A stretch of 54,665 nucleotides of DNA from Phyllobates terribilis (taxonomy: Eukaryota). Position 1 is the stretch's first letter. Each line of letters starts with the position of its first letter. A program made the position numbers and the translations under genes. Location of the stretch: the NCBI RefSeq assembly GCF_046119375.1, contig NW_027367813.1, positions 1-54,665 of the forward strand, given 5' to 3'. Below the pieces are notes generated by a model. The model was not told the origin of the DNA, ran no database searches, and saw only the letters and a program-made list of their open reading frames with translations. This document shows, piece after piece, positions 38,452 to 51,030 of the stretch.

Positions 38452-38904
38452 TAACTATAAATTGGAGTTGTACATACTCCGTACTTCATATTGGGGAAGG
38501 AGCTGAGTGGGATGCGGGACTGGAGGAAAGATTCCGAGCTGTTGGCTCTCATCCGTTTGGATGCTCTAGTGCGACTATAGTCGATATCTATGTAGTCCCC
38601 TAATATTTTCCTTTATAAAAAAAAATATTGGGGAAGGAGCGAACGTGAATCTCCCGACAATATCCACAGCCTTGGAAATTTCTTCGCTTGGAAATTATTG
38701 TACCACAGCCTAGACGTATATACATAGATTTCTTCGCTTGGAAATTTCGTCAAAGCCACAGCCTCAAGCAGACACAGCGTAGACTCACAAGTCTTCGCCC
38801 GAGTGAAATCACCGAATTTCAAGTATACCATCTTATTCCATTTGCATTTTTTTCACTTGTGGTTTATGACTTCTGTCCCACCCTTAAATTCAGTGCTTAT
38901 ACTA

Positions 38905-39163
38905 TTCCCTCCGTTCCATAATGCTCTTCCCATTTCTTTTCGATTCACTTGTCGAGACACGTTTTATGTCTTAAATATCTCTCGGTATATGTTATTAAAA
39001 ATCGTAAAATTTATATACAGTTAAAGTATTCGTCGAGACGAATAAAACAAGATCACACATGACTATGTTTTTTCATACACATTAAGAGAAATCAAGAAGA
39101 TTCTCCATAAATATGAATAGTGATTAAAAATAAAATGGGAAGATGATATTGGGACGGAGGGAG
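38905..39163. mobile_element. Stowaway MITE
   Basis: TA|ttccctccgttcc ... gggacggagggag|TA, 259 bp. Confidence 0.85.
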
Positions 39164-39178
39164 TATTATGTTTTACTA

Positions 39179-39416
39179 CTCCCTTCCTTCCATGTTCATT
39201 CTTGTTTTGACCCTATTAATGATCGAAGTTTATTCTTGCTAATGTATAAGAAAAGAACATAGTCATGTAAGATCTTGTTTGATTCGTCTTGATAAGCACT
39301 TTAATGATATAAATTTTTATAATTTATACTAACACATAATAATAGATATTAACGATACAAAACTTGTATCAGCAAGTGTGTAAAAATAAATGAGAACTAT
39401 ATTACGAGACATAGAG
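39179..39416. mobile_element. Stowaway MITE related to 38905-39163, in opposite orientation
   Basis: TA|ctcccttccttcc ... gagacatagag|TA; internal aacatagtcatgtaagatcttgtttgattcgtc is the reverse complement of the neighbour's gacgaataaaacaagatcacacatgactatgtt. Confidence 0.65.
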
Positions 39417-39763
39417 TAGAAAATTATTATCTTTATTTTAATCTTTCTATTAGAGACGTCGTAATGCCAAATACTATAAACTCCATAGATCTATCACAGT
39501 GTTCTAGAAACAGTTGTCAAAGTTCCATTACAGAAACAACAACAGTTAAACACAAAGCCATTGGAGCAAAGCAATAAGTGTTCACAAATTTTCTTGAGAA
39601 ACAAACCCCAATAATATACTATAAGTCTATAAGCTTACAAGCAAAAGATAAAATGAATAACAAAAGGTAGACTCACTCAATACAATCAAAACCAGCAGGA
39701 AGTATAGGGATAAAAAAAGCTGCTTCCAGAGAAAAAATTGTGGAAAGGTAATGGCAATAATAC

Positions 39764-42459
39764 TTAGGCTCCTGAGTGCGAAAGTGGTGTTGTCACAAAC
39801 TGCCCATTTACATACTCGTGCACATATTGTTGAGGTAGAGAATGCTCCCCCTGCAGTTATATTCCAACCACTAATCTTAATAAAGATCATACAAAACCAA
39901 TTTGTTAAGAATAGATATATGAATGTATACCCAGTCTCCTTCTTCACTAGAGACCAGCACATTGATCTCACTGGATTTAGCAGTTGTAATTGATGCTCCC
40001 AGTGATTCTTTACTCAGATACAACTGGCATCCAGAAGTATTATCCACTGAAATTGTTGGTGCTGAACCCTATAGTGAACAGTTCTATTAGTTGGATTTCA
40101 TCATTTTAGATTCATAAACATCAAATCCTCTTTTGACACTTCCTACCTGGGATTGAACCTCGACACTGTTGCAGTTAACAACCTCAAAAGCAGCCACAAC
40201 ATCCTGCTTTCAAATATCAATCATTAAATACCATTTCAAAAATTGTGCTGTCAATTATACAAGAAAACTTGCCTGAAATACAATACCCATCTTGCTGCAT
40301 TTATCAAGAGTGATATTATTAACCTTCCCTGCCATAAGCAAAATTAAAGGAGTTCGATGAGTACATGGAGAAAAGTATACAGTATTCAAAAATGAGGTCT
40401 TAAGAAAAGACAAACCTTGGACTTGCAAGACAGAGTCTTTACATCCATAAACATAAACTGACTGTTTAGAATCACACTCACTTATAACCAAATCCTTCTT
40501 TCCAATATGATTTTCAACTACCCACCTGTCGAAACCATACAAGAAATTTATAAATGCTCTGTTTTAGGTTTATTAAATTTTAACGAATAATTAATTACTC
40601 ACTTGCGACCCATCTGAAGCTCCAGCTTTGGTGGGCCCGTCTTAGAGAATGCAGCTGTACTCTTGCGTGGTTCCTTTTCACCTGCGCTGACAACACCACT
40701 GCGGTCCGTACGATTCTTTGTTTTCATATCAGCTGTAACCTTTCTCAAACCTAACACATAACATACGGTTCCATTAATTATCATAATTTCAGCATATTGT
40801 TATTAGTATAAATTGAGTTTTAATCAGACCCATACAGAAAAACCAAGGACAGGTAGCTACCTGAAGTAACACCGCCGGAATTTATTTCCTGGAAAACAGC
40901 AGACATCCCAACTTTTGGAGCTGAAGATGAAGGCTTAGATGAGTCAGAGGTTAAAAGAGATGACCGTGGTGGTGGTGGTGGAGCAGGGCCAGCTGGCGGT
41001 GATGGTTTAGAAGGAGCTGAAATTACGGCTTTGCCAGAAGTGGACCAAACAGGCCCTAAGGGATAGAAACTTTTAACATAGTCCCTCAGGCCTGGAAGAT
41101 AAAGCTCCTTCACAGCTTTGGCCCACTCCACATGGTTTGGATCCTTATTTCTGTACTCCACTAGAACCTGTGTATGTGAATAGAATCCTAATAAAGGTGT
41201 TTGGATACTGAATAGAAGAAAAAATAGTTTGTACGAGCATGAAGCTTACCTTGTTGTTATAAAATTCAGCCATCTGCCAACAATCTTCTACATGGGCAAT
41301 GGGGAGGCTCATACCTTTGGTTACAAGATGGGTATATATGAGATAAACGAATGAGAATAACTTTTGAAATGGACAAAAATGAAGTCGGTCAATGCTTACT
41401 TACCGCAATCCTTCCCTGTATATGCAATCCATGCTAAAGCTGAAAGACTTTCGGCAATAGTTTTCTGATGGTTGAAGAAATCAGATCGCCTACCCTCAGT
41501 CAATGCCACACCTTTGCATATCACTTCGTTCAAAGGCTTCAGAAACTCAACTAACCCTTGCATATCAGGCTTCTGCAAGATTTAAACCCAATTCCAAGTA
41601 AACTGCTGTGGTATAAAACCCTATCATCAGCTAATCTATCAAGCATCATAGTTTAGAAATACAAGCAAATTTGGTAGTTACGGGTTCAATGACACGTAAT
41701 ATGAACTTTTTGAACTTACGATTTGATACAGGAAGATCTAATTAAAATGTTTCATCAGTAACTTATTTAAATGGAGTTCTTCAGCTACTGCAATTACCGC
41801 TTGTACCTTGATCTCACATATTGAAACGTGTCTCTCATTAATCTGAGATTGTCCCTTGAATCATTAATAAACTAGAGCTTTTATCACAAATCCATCACCG
41901 AAAATTGTATATTTGCAGAAGTTCCTATCCAAAACAAGGATAAGTAAAGCAACACAATCTCAATCCCATTAGGAAATTTCAAACTTTCCTTTCTTCTGTC
42001 ACTGTAATCTTCAAACGCAAAGCATTTTTCCCAAAACTAGAACAAAATTCAAATCAGTCCTGGTCCTCTTCATATAATCTTCCATTTACCAACAACGAAC
42101 ACACAGATCTCCTGACTATGAGCATAATTAAGTAGTCTAGAAAAGGAGCAATGTGCAGAAGCAAAATAAAAACTGACCTGAGATTGCTTGACCTTGATAA
42201 GAAGCTCCTTAAGAGCAGCAAACGCCGCTTCAAGGATCTTCGTAGCCTCAAGCACCTTATCGCCAATGCTCTCGGCAGCGGAGGAAACCCTAGCGAGAGA
42301 AGTCGCCATCAGATCGCTGAATGCCACAATCGCCGGATCTGATTCGAAATCCACGGCGTCATCCGCCGCGAAATCTCGCGAACCGACTCCGCCAGCGGCG
42401 GATAAGGACTCCAGCCGCGAAACCGCCCTCTCCAATCTCTCAATCAGCTTCTCATCCAT
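39764..42459 (-). CDS. CAP1: Adenylyl cyclase-associated protein (CAP/Srv2 family actin regulator), 10 exons, 472 aa
   Basis: Exons 42178-42459, 41404-41572, 41250-41314, 40861-41167, 40603-40750, 40416-40525, 40273-40328, 40147-40203, 39931-40068, 39764-39850. MDEKLIERLERAVSRLE (RLE motif), polyproline, WH2-like MSAVFQEI...LRKV, C-terminal TAKSSEINV...SHSGA*; 1419 nt in frame. Confidence 0.96.
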
Positions 42460-44176
42460 TGCTCAATCAGCGTCAATAGCCTTGAGCAGATCTGATATGG
42501 AAAGGAATTTAAGAGAATGACTTGAACAGAGAACACTGATATGATTCGTTGTCTCCTCTCTCTTCACGTTCGAACACCAAAAATTGGGAATTTCGGGTTT
42601 TTAATCTCTCTGTTTTTCAGGCGAAAAGATGGACACGTGGCGGGTGAAAAGGGATAGAGTGTTGGTGGTGGTGGAGTCCCATATTTATGTGTGTTCGTGG
42701 ACAAAAACAACATCTTGATGATATGTAATGGTAATATGTGGTTAGTCAGTTCATGGTTATTTCTTGTAATAACTAATACTGTAATGTTCATGTTTTGTAA
42801 GGACCGAGAATATAGATCTGCGTAATAGTATATGATCTATGAATATATATTTTTAACGTGTATAAGTTTTTTTTTCAAGAATCTTAATATGTTTTATTTA
42901 GTTTTAATTTTATTATAGATAGATTATATATGTAAATTTTTTATACGTAATGTATCACATTTTAAATGTTAACTTTTTTAAAGTTAGAGTTCACTAATGT
43001 TAAATTATGTACGAAATCAGCTATTTAGAATCTAAATTTACAATATAATATATGCGAGAATTGTATGATCATAGGTCAGAGACTCTATAGCTAGTGATTG
43101 AGACTTGATTTAATACATATTCATAAGATAACGATGGTAACAATTTATTAATCTCTTATACACGAGCAAGACAATTGTGTACGAAGACTTTGGGAGAAGA
43201 ACATAGAAAAAAATGTAAGTTCACTGATCTATAATAGGTTAGCGTATTGCTGTGACATAATTTGAGAGAGTAAGGATCATATGAGTACCATGTTTAAGGT
43301 GAGTAGGTGAGTAGTCATCTCAGCCGTTCAGATTGTTCAGTCCAACGACCAGGACGCACTCCTTCTTCCTACTATAGTTTAATGATGGAGGGTATTTTGG
43401 ACTTTTCATCCTTTATGTCTTCTTCCGATTGAACAACCTGAATCTCTGTTTGGCGAATTTGAGGCGATTTGTCGAGATCTCCTTCTACTTCCTTCGATCT
43501 CTCCCTATCGCGCATTTATCGGTGCTTCTCATCGATTTCTGAATCTTTGTTCTTTGCGTTTTCATCTGATTTTGGTGTTGTATGGCATCAGGTACCTGTT
43601 CTTCACCGAATTTCATTTATGCCCCCAATTTCTAGGTTTTTTGTTCCCGCGGCACTTTACATCGCTTTTTATGTGGTTGTTTAGCCTCACTATCTCTCCC
43701 GATTGTGATTTTCTCTGTGTTTGGAACATTCTTGCTCTGTGTTTTCGTATTTCATTAATTGAGAACGGATTTCTTCATTTTTTGGGATTTTTCTTGTATT
43801 TTAGTCGATGCTTGTGCATGTTTGTTTTTTGATGCGTTTTATTGCTGTTTTGTTTTGGTGTTTTTATTCTCAGTTTTTGGTGTTTTTGACGTTTTTTGTT
43901 GTGTGTTTGTTTTTGATGTTTTCTTCTTGCTGTTGCTGTTTGTTCCTGTGAGAAACTGTTCTCAGTTTTATGAACCGTACCTTTTTTAAATCATGTTTGC
44001 ACTAATATCCGATCCGCCTTTGTGTAATTTTTTCACTTTCTCTATTTATCATTTTTATAATATCTGCAACCCATGTGTACTTTTTTCAAAGATAGTGTAT
44101 TTTTATTGCCGAAACTTATCATGTGTGCTCTCACTTTTTTTCCTATAATATAAATCATCAATTATATTGCATCAAG

Positions 44177-44294
44177 CATGAAACTCGATGTTATAAACCA
44201 TGAACCTTAATCTTATAAAGCATGAACCTCAATGTAATAAACCATGAACCTCAACAATATAAATCATGAACCATCAGAATAAATCCTATGAACA
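44177..44294 (+). repeat. 22-bp tandem array 1 (CATGAACC core)
   Basis: Cores at 44177, 44199, 44221, 44243, 44265, 44287 (exact 22-bp period). Confidence 0.9.
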
Positions 44295-45252
44295 TCATGC
44301 ATCATATTTCATCAAGCTGGAAAACGTTGTTTTCAACCTGAATCTTAAGTTGGAATACATCATCATCATCAATTCCATTCGAAAGGCATTGTCAATTTTA
44401 ATATCAACCTGTTTGAAAGAAGACTATATCAAAACAAATATTTTTGCGTTTTCTGGTCACTCTTGGCTAGCAGGTGCTGGTTTTTTCTTTATGATATCCA
44501 ATGCTTGTTCAATCATCAAATTTGTTGGAGAAGTTATGATCCTGTGTGTGTATTTGACCTTCATACTTTTACACACTTCTACTTGTTCTTTTCTGACATT
44601 TGGTCTTAGGTACACCCATGTACACTTCCAGATGTCTCATTGCATATATTCCTGACGAGTACTCTTTAGCAACACTGGATTTGCAAGGAAGATTGACTAG
44701 CACTGAAGTTGATGCAGATTCTTCCATCATGTCCGCTTTCTTATGAAGGCGAACAATTCTCAGTTGTTTACCAAATATAGAGGCCTAAAAGACACAATAA
44801 ACAAACAACACACTATTTTTCAGTTTCTATTCAACTTGATAAACTACAAAGTTTTTTTTTCAAATTTAAGTTTTATGCTTACCAATTTTTGCACTATTGG
44901 CAAGTAGAATTTCATCCCTCTGTCTTCTTTTGCACTGTCCAGTATTTGTGACTTTTGATGTTCCAAATTGAGAACAACAACAAAATACTGTTGATCAACT
45001 TCTACTGGGACCATGATCTATAAACATTTTCATCATAGTTAAAGTTTAAACTATCACAAACACAACAAATATGAAAGTTATATGTCTAACTGGAAGGACG
45101 TACCATGTCTATGTCTTTTAATTTCCGTCCGTGCACTTGACTCAAAGCATAATTGATATTGTTTCTAACTTTGAGTTCTTCATCTTTTAGTCTCATACTC
45201 TGCATTATTGAACAATTGAAGTTTATTTTCCACTCATTTTACTACACATAAT

Positions 45253-45365
45253 CATGAACTTTATATTGTAAACTCATGAACCTTGAAATTATGCACCTTT
45301 TTGTCGCATAGATCATGAACCTTGCTATACATAATAATGAATCTTATATTTGAAACATATGAACC
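45253..45365 (+). repeat. 22-bp array 2 (CATGAACC core), intronic
   Basis: Cores at 45253, 45275, 45314, 45336, 45358, inside intron ~45242-45434. Confidence 0.8.
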
Positions 45366-46604
45366 TTATGCTTTTTTAAACATATAACATTTTTTATGTT
45401 TTTTCATGTGCAATAAGGATAATTTTTTACTTACCTAAATCTTCACATACAAGATTAGTCTGTTTGGATGTTCTGGGCTTCGTAATTCCTCGTTTTTGTT
45501 TAGAAGCGTGGTAAATGCATCCATGCATTTGAAGTGCACCTTTATCTCCATACTTGCAAATTCGATTGATTTGACATCTCGTCGCAGATCCTTGTATAAG
45601 GGTTGCTCACTGTTTCATTTTTAGTAAAATAATTATTATGCATTTAGTCATTCGCTCGTTGCTTGTATTTAACTTACGATTTTTTTCTAGACACAAACAC
45701 TTACTCAGTTATAGTTCTTGCACAACAATATCTGTAAACAGCTTTATGTTGCTCAGTTTGCCTTGATAAGATGTCAATGGTTCTCTGTTTGTACGGGCTT
45801 CTGAGATTACGCGACAGACGATTGTGTTTAATACGGTTTTTCTGGCTCAACCATTACAACTTTCCCCCTTGCTTTTGCTTTATCCTGTTGCATTTGTAAT
45901 CAGTGGGTTTTTTTGGCAGGTTATCTAAATGGTTGTATAATTGATAGTTTAGTATTTACCTTTAATCTCCTCCTTAAATCCTCCTCATCTTCTTCAATTT
46001 GTCTGGCCAATGCTTCTTGTGCATCCTCCTTCTCTTCAACGTCAATGATTTTTTGTATAGTATCTTCCTGCTCTTCAGAACTTATTAAGTGGAATGCTGG
46101 TGGTGAGATATCTATATTTGTCTTTCTAACATTCACCCCCACATGGCCTGTTCTCGGTTATTGTTGAGCTCCATCTTTTCCAACAACCTTTTCATTTATC
46201 TTTACACATTTACTCCCTATTGCTTCTGTTCCAATATCACTTATGTTTGCCCAGAACATGTCATCATTTTGTTCGACAACTTTGGGTGAGACTGTAGCAG
46301 CTGGATTTTTAACTGTCTTTTCTTTTGTATTCTCCTCAATCTCGCGTAGACAGTTAATGAGTTGTGGATCAGACCAGAACGGATGGTTTTCATCATTCCA
46401 CACACTCATAAAATCTTGCTTACTTTTCTCCTCATCTTCTATTTTCCTCATCATTATCTTTGTTGTATTCACAGCAGTTTTCACCCTTTCTTATGTATCG
46501 AACTCGTTTGGCATAGTCTTCATCATTTCTTCCACCTCGATGATTGCTTTCCCCAGCATTCTAGTTTTGCTAGTAAAATCAAGCAGCCATTTCTACATAA
46601 AAAC

Positions 46605-46677
46605 CATGAACCTCATGTTATAAACTATGAACCTCAATGTTATAAACCATAAGCCCTAAAAATAAATAATATGAACA
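46605..46677 (+). repeat. 22-bp array 3 (CATGAACC core), intronic
   Basis: Cores at 46605, 46626, 46648, 46670, inside intron 46593-46809. Confidence 0.8.
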
Positions 46678-48240
46678 TCATGCATTATTTTCAACATCAA
46701 CCTGGAAATACATCACAATTTTAACATCAACTTATTTTCAAAATCACAACTCAACATCATCAATTTCATTCAAAATGCATCCCAATATTCAAAATGCATC
46801 AACTTATACCTGTATTGCCCCTGCAGCTGGTGTTTCTGTGCTTTCATAGTTCATTGTTTCATGTTCTTCATTAATCCTGGCCTTTTCATGGTGTAATTGA
46901 AGCTTTCCTCTACCAAAACCACCAAACTTGATCTCATTATCCTCTCTTACATACAAATTCTTGTCTGTCCAGCTCAAAAATACAGGTGTTGAGTGCGGGT
47001 TTTCTTTGCCCATTATTGTCACTCTATCAACATACACTAAATGTACATAAAGCAGGTATACATAGTTGTTAAACTATGAAAATTATTATACTTAATGGTA
47101 AATATTTATAAAATTAAATAAATAAAGTTACCCCTTACCACAAGAAAGATGATAGGACCTTTGTAAAACCTATCCTTTTTAGCTTTCCAGTCGAGAGATG
47201 TTTGTGGCAATGAGTTCAATACAAACTCACACCAATTCTTGTTTCTGACATTCTCAACATCTGTAGTTAGCAAGCTCTTGTTGACAGTCCCTTTCTGATT
47301 CGATTCTATCAATCCTGTGATGAAGAGATTTATGAATAACCTCTTAAACCAAGTTTCATCCTTACAAACGATCAACCTCTCAGCAATGTGCGATGGTCTT
47401 GTACCGTCTATTTTATTGGCTGGTTTTGAGCTTGAGGTTGGCTGCGTTTTCTCATCTATTTTGAAGAAATTAAACCACTCATCCAAAACAGCATGTTGTT
47501 CTGCATTTGTCCTCTCTCTTGGGATCATTTGTTCTCCTCTTGGTATCCCAAGAACCCTTTCCGCATCTTTCTCATTTGCATCTATACAGCCTCCATCTCT
47601 CATTCTTATTGCGCATCTCACCTCATCATAATTATCCAATATCCAATACGCCATTGCATTCAGGACTTTAATGAATTTCAGATTTAAAAGATCTCCAAAA
47701 CCCATTTCTCTCACCCAGTTTTTCTGCTCTTCACTTAGGGCAGACATTGTCTCAACAAACATCTTGGGAATGTTTCGGGTAAGCAATTTTGGAAATCCAT
47801 CCACATCAATTTCCACTTTCACGGCTTTCCTTTTACCCCCCAGTTCAATCTGATCTTTCTGTTGCCTCTTGCCAAGCACTTTTACAATTGGTTCCTTCTT
47901 TCCTTTCCCTTTATCCCGAACCTCTAAGTTTAAATTTTCAGAGTCCATGGCCATCTGTTGCTTCTCCTTGGGTTGTGGACAAACTTTGCTACCTACGTGA
48001 ATCATATAATAATAAATATGTCAATTTAAAAACATAAGTTATATCTTTCAATAGTTTTTTGAAGTTGCATTTTTTTCTGTCTCTACAATGAACCTCATAG
48101 TAGATAGGTGTGATACAGTCTGTCAATTTCATGAACCTTAATATTTTTTTGTCACCCACTTTCTTTTCGTAACTGAAAATTTGAACTCTATTTAACTTTA
48201 ATCTTTATTAAATACATAAATGAATTCTGGAGTTCAATCT

Positions 48241-48402
48241 CATGTCCCGTTCTTTCAATGTCATGTTCCAGCATATACGTTTCCATGAACCTTACTGTTT
48301 TATTGTCATGTTCCTGTTCTTTTAATGTCATGTTCCAGCATATACGTTTTCATGTTCCAGCATATAAATTTTCATGTTCCAGTACATATATTTTCATGAA
48401 CC
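48241..48402 (+). repeat. 22-bp array 4 (mixed CATGTTCC/CATGAACC cores), intronic
   Basis: Cores at 48241, 48262, 48284, 48307, 48329, 48351, 48373, 48395, inside intron 47993-48469; extra cores near 48088 and 48130. Confidence 0.88.
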
Positions 48403-50640
48403 TTAAATTTGAGGATCATACAAATTTCATGTAGTTTTAAACTAAACAATCTAAACATTTTTTGCTTACTTGTAGCAACAGATCGTGGCAGCATTTCTTC
48501 CTTCTTTTTGTCTTTCTCTTTATGTTCTTTTTGCTCCTCCCCTTTTTTGTTGCTGATTTTCGTCTTCTTCCATTGGTTGTCCTTGTGTTGTCTTTATCAC
48601 AACACTTCTCTCTTTCATTTTGGGTCCTTTTTCTGCCAATCTCTTTCCATACGGCTTTAAGCCCTTCTTTCGTGCAACACATTTTACTCTCCCTAAGTAT
48701 GTAAGCTGATGTTTGTGGTTTTCTGCAGGCTCATGCATGTTTTGCGGTGATGAAATCTCATCTTAAAGAGCTTTGTAGCTTTGCATGCTCAGCTCAACTA
48801 GTTGTTATTGTTGCTCAGGCTCAGGCTCAAAATGTTATTGTTGTATAACCTCTTCACCTCCACTAGCGTTATCAATATCTCCTTCATCTGTAGCACTTCC
48901 TAACACAATTTGATCAACGGTTAAAGCAGCGCTGGAGTTTGAACTAGATGTTGAAGATGATATTGAACCAGACGAGGAAGATGTCCCAATTCTTATAACT
49001 TCAACTTCCATTCTAGGACCTTCAATCACATAAACAGTAGAAAATTACATCAAACTCTAAATTTTCCAAGTTGAAATGCTAATAAGGTTTATAGAATCTC
49101 AAAGTACGGAACATTTATCATATTTTGAATGAATAGATCTCAGTTTTGTTCATGCAGATTTTCAGTTCAAGCAAATCCAAATTATAGAACATTTTAACTC
49201 AAAAAAAACAGAACAGTCGACTAAAATCAGTTCGAAATCTCGCATCAACTATAATCTCTAGTGTGAAACCCTAAAACTAACTAAAAAAAGGTCGAAATCT
49301 CAAATTGGGAGAAAATCGAAAATTAGGTTTTTCAGCTCAGGATTGTTTTTACCAACGCCATGAGAATCGCTTTGTGTTCCTGACATTTGTGTGATTTTTG
49401 TTGATGCAATAGTCGGGGAATCGGGGTTGATTTTTGAGGATTTCGCTTCGATCGCTTTTCTTCTTCTGCAAGTCGCAATTTGTGTTACTGAGAGTGGAGA
49501 AGACGAGAAGACGCGAAGCAGGTACATAATTCCACGGGGGCAGTGTTGTCTTTCCATTCGGTTTTCCAGGTATTTACAAAATTAACCTTCTTTTTACTAC
49601 CCAGACACGCGCGTCGCTTTTTTCATCTTTGCTTTTTTTTATTTTTTTTTCCCAATTTTCTTGGGCCGTTGATCATCCTGATCCAACGGTCCAGATTCGT
49701 ACTCACCTACTCACTATAACACTTATACTCACAAGAACCTCCCTCTAGTTTGAGAATGCCATATTTCACTTAATTATTTACATATATTGTTTATTATCTT
49801 TAGGCAATAACCTACTATTGAATAAGAATCTGAGCTTAATTCTTTTTTAAAGAGAGGTTTTTCGTAAATTCATATCTCAATGGATTCTTCAAACTTTATA
49901 CAAGAATAAATATAAAACAAATATTCTTCAAACTTAATTTCTAAGATAAAAAGGGTGAAGGATGTGTAAAGAAATTAATAGTAAGTGAAGTATGAGTTAA
50001 TCTAATATACTATAAAACTTGAGTTGTATGTCCACTAATTATCTCCAAATCAATCACCACATTTTCGATTTTATCCTTACTCGCTGACAAGTTAATTACC
50101 ATAATCGCCCCTAACAAGTTAATTATATATTTTTGACCAAAATATTTTATTGTACCAATAAATCTCTTATTGAATTATCCATCCTCTTTGTATTCTCCAC
50201 TCTTATAAAATTAAATTCCACACAAATTATCATATGTTCTAAACCTATCTAATATATATTTTATTATAATCTTTATAAAATAAAGTTTATAACCGTTAAA
50301 CATCTCTAAAAATATATCTCTAATATATAAAATGTATGTACAAAATCTATCTCTCTATTGTCATATTATCTTTCCCCCTTTTTTCCTTTCATTTAAAAAT
50401 GGATGGGATAAAATCAATAAATGTCTCCATAATTTTCATTTGATTTTTTCTAATAATAATAACGTATCTATCATCTTCATAATAACAATAATATAATAAT
50501 AATGATAATAATCATAGTAATACTTATGAAGTTAAGTTTTTTGAAAAATTAATTTCTTCCAAACTCGACTTGGTGCCAATCTATCTAATATCTAATCTAG
50601 TTTAAGTTGATTAACAATTATTTTTTCTTCTTTTTTGTTC

Positions 50641-50848
50641 AACCTTTGAATATAGATGCAGTTAAAAGTTTCTCGGAGGTTACAAAACCTTTGATCTACC
50701 ATAGATAAACGATACATATATTGGGCATAAATATGCTATAAAATCAATCTTTGAATACGGATGCAATTAAATGCTTCTTGGAGTTTACAAAACATTTCAT
50801 CTACCATAGATGGACGTTATGCATATTAGGCTTAAATATGCTATCAAA
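50641..50848 (+). repeat. Two ~105-bp tandem copies
   Basis: aacctttgaatatagatgca...tctaccatagat...aaatatgctat repeated from 50746. Confidence 0.8.
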
Positions 50849-51030
50849 CTAGGCTCAGTCCTCATTATTCATTTCAGGTGGTCAACTAGAGCAGGTAATT
50901 TTTTTCATTCATCTTTGAATCTATATTATAATCATTGTTGTATGAACATTGTTATTTGGTGTAATATGATTTCAGACCATTACTTATGTGGTTGAACGTG
51001 TTGTTGGACGAGGGTCTTCCAATGTCGTAC

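Larger units (their letters stand above)
44457..49386 (-). pseudogene. MULE-borne multi-exon gene: DUF1985/PMD-like domain plus Ulp1 (C48)-like domain, disrupted
   Basis: ORF 47106-48005 (EMGFGDLL...VLGIPRG...FKRLF...NWCEFVL...YKGPIIFL), next exon VYVDRV...GGFGRG, then MDAFTTLLNKNEELRSPEHPNRL, LKDIDM|IMVPV...YFVVVLNL...ILDS and GIYAMRHLEVYMG. GT-AG introns recognisable; several premature stops (e.g. TAA in Gln-rich tracts) and a frameshift. The start codon is uncertain. Confidence 0.75.
43268..49745. mobile_element. Mutator-like element (MULE), non-autonomous, 6478 bp
   Basis: ~80-bp imperfect TIRs (43268-43347, 49667-49745) sharing gtgagtaggtgagta...atct...ccgtt...caacg; 10-bp TSD taatttgaga (43258-43267) / tagtttgaga (49746-49755); no MuDR transposase motifs seen. 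Confidence 0.85.

Noticed and set aside
38650-38780. Short repeats atttcttcgcttggaaatt (x2) and ccacagcct (x3)
   Set aside because: Small local duplication with nothing to suggest function.
42151-42520. Antisense ORFs over CAP1 exon 1 (likewise 27363-27608 and 29494-29739 over gamma-COP)
   Set aside because: Expected antisense open frames of real exons.
43469-43989. F/V/C-rich ORFs near the MULE left end
   Set aside because: By-products of T-rich low-complexity sequence.
44177-48402. 22-bp arrays as a CRISPR-like array
   Set aside because: Eukaryotic context, no cas genes, and the inter-core sequences resemble each other (tandem repeat) rather than being unique spacers.
43268-49745. Pack-MULE carrying a captured host SUMO protease gene
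   Set aside because: The DUF1985-like plus Ulp1-like architecture is typical of MULE-resident (Kaonashi-type) genes, not a recent host capture.
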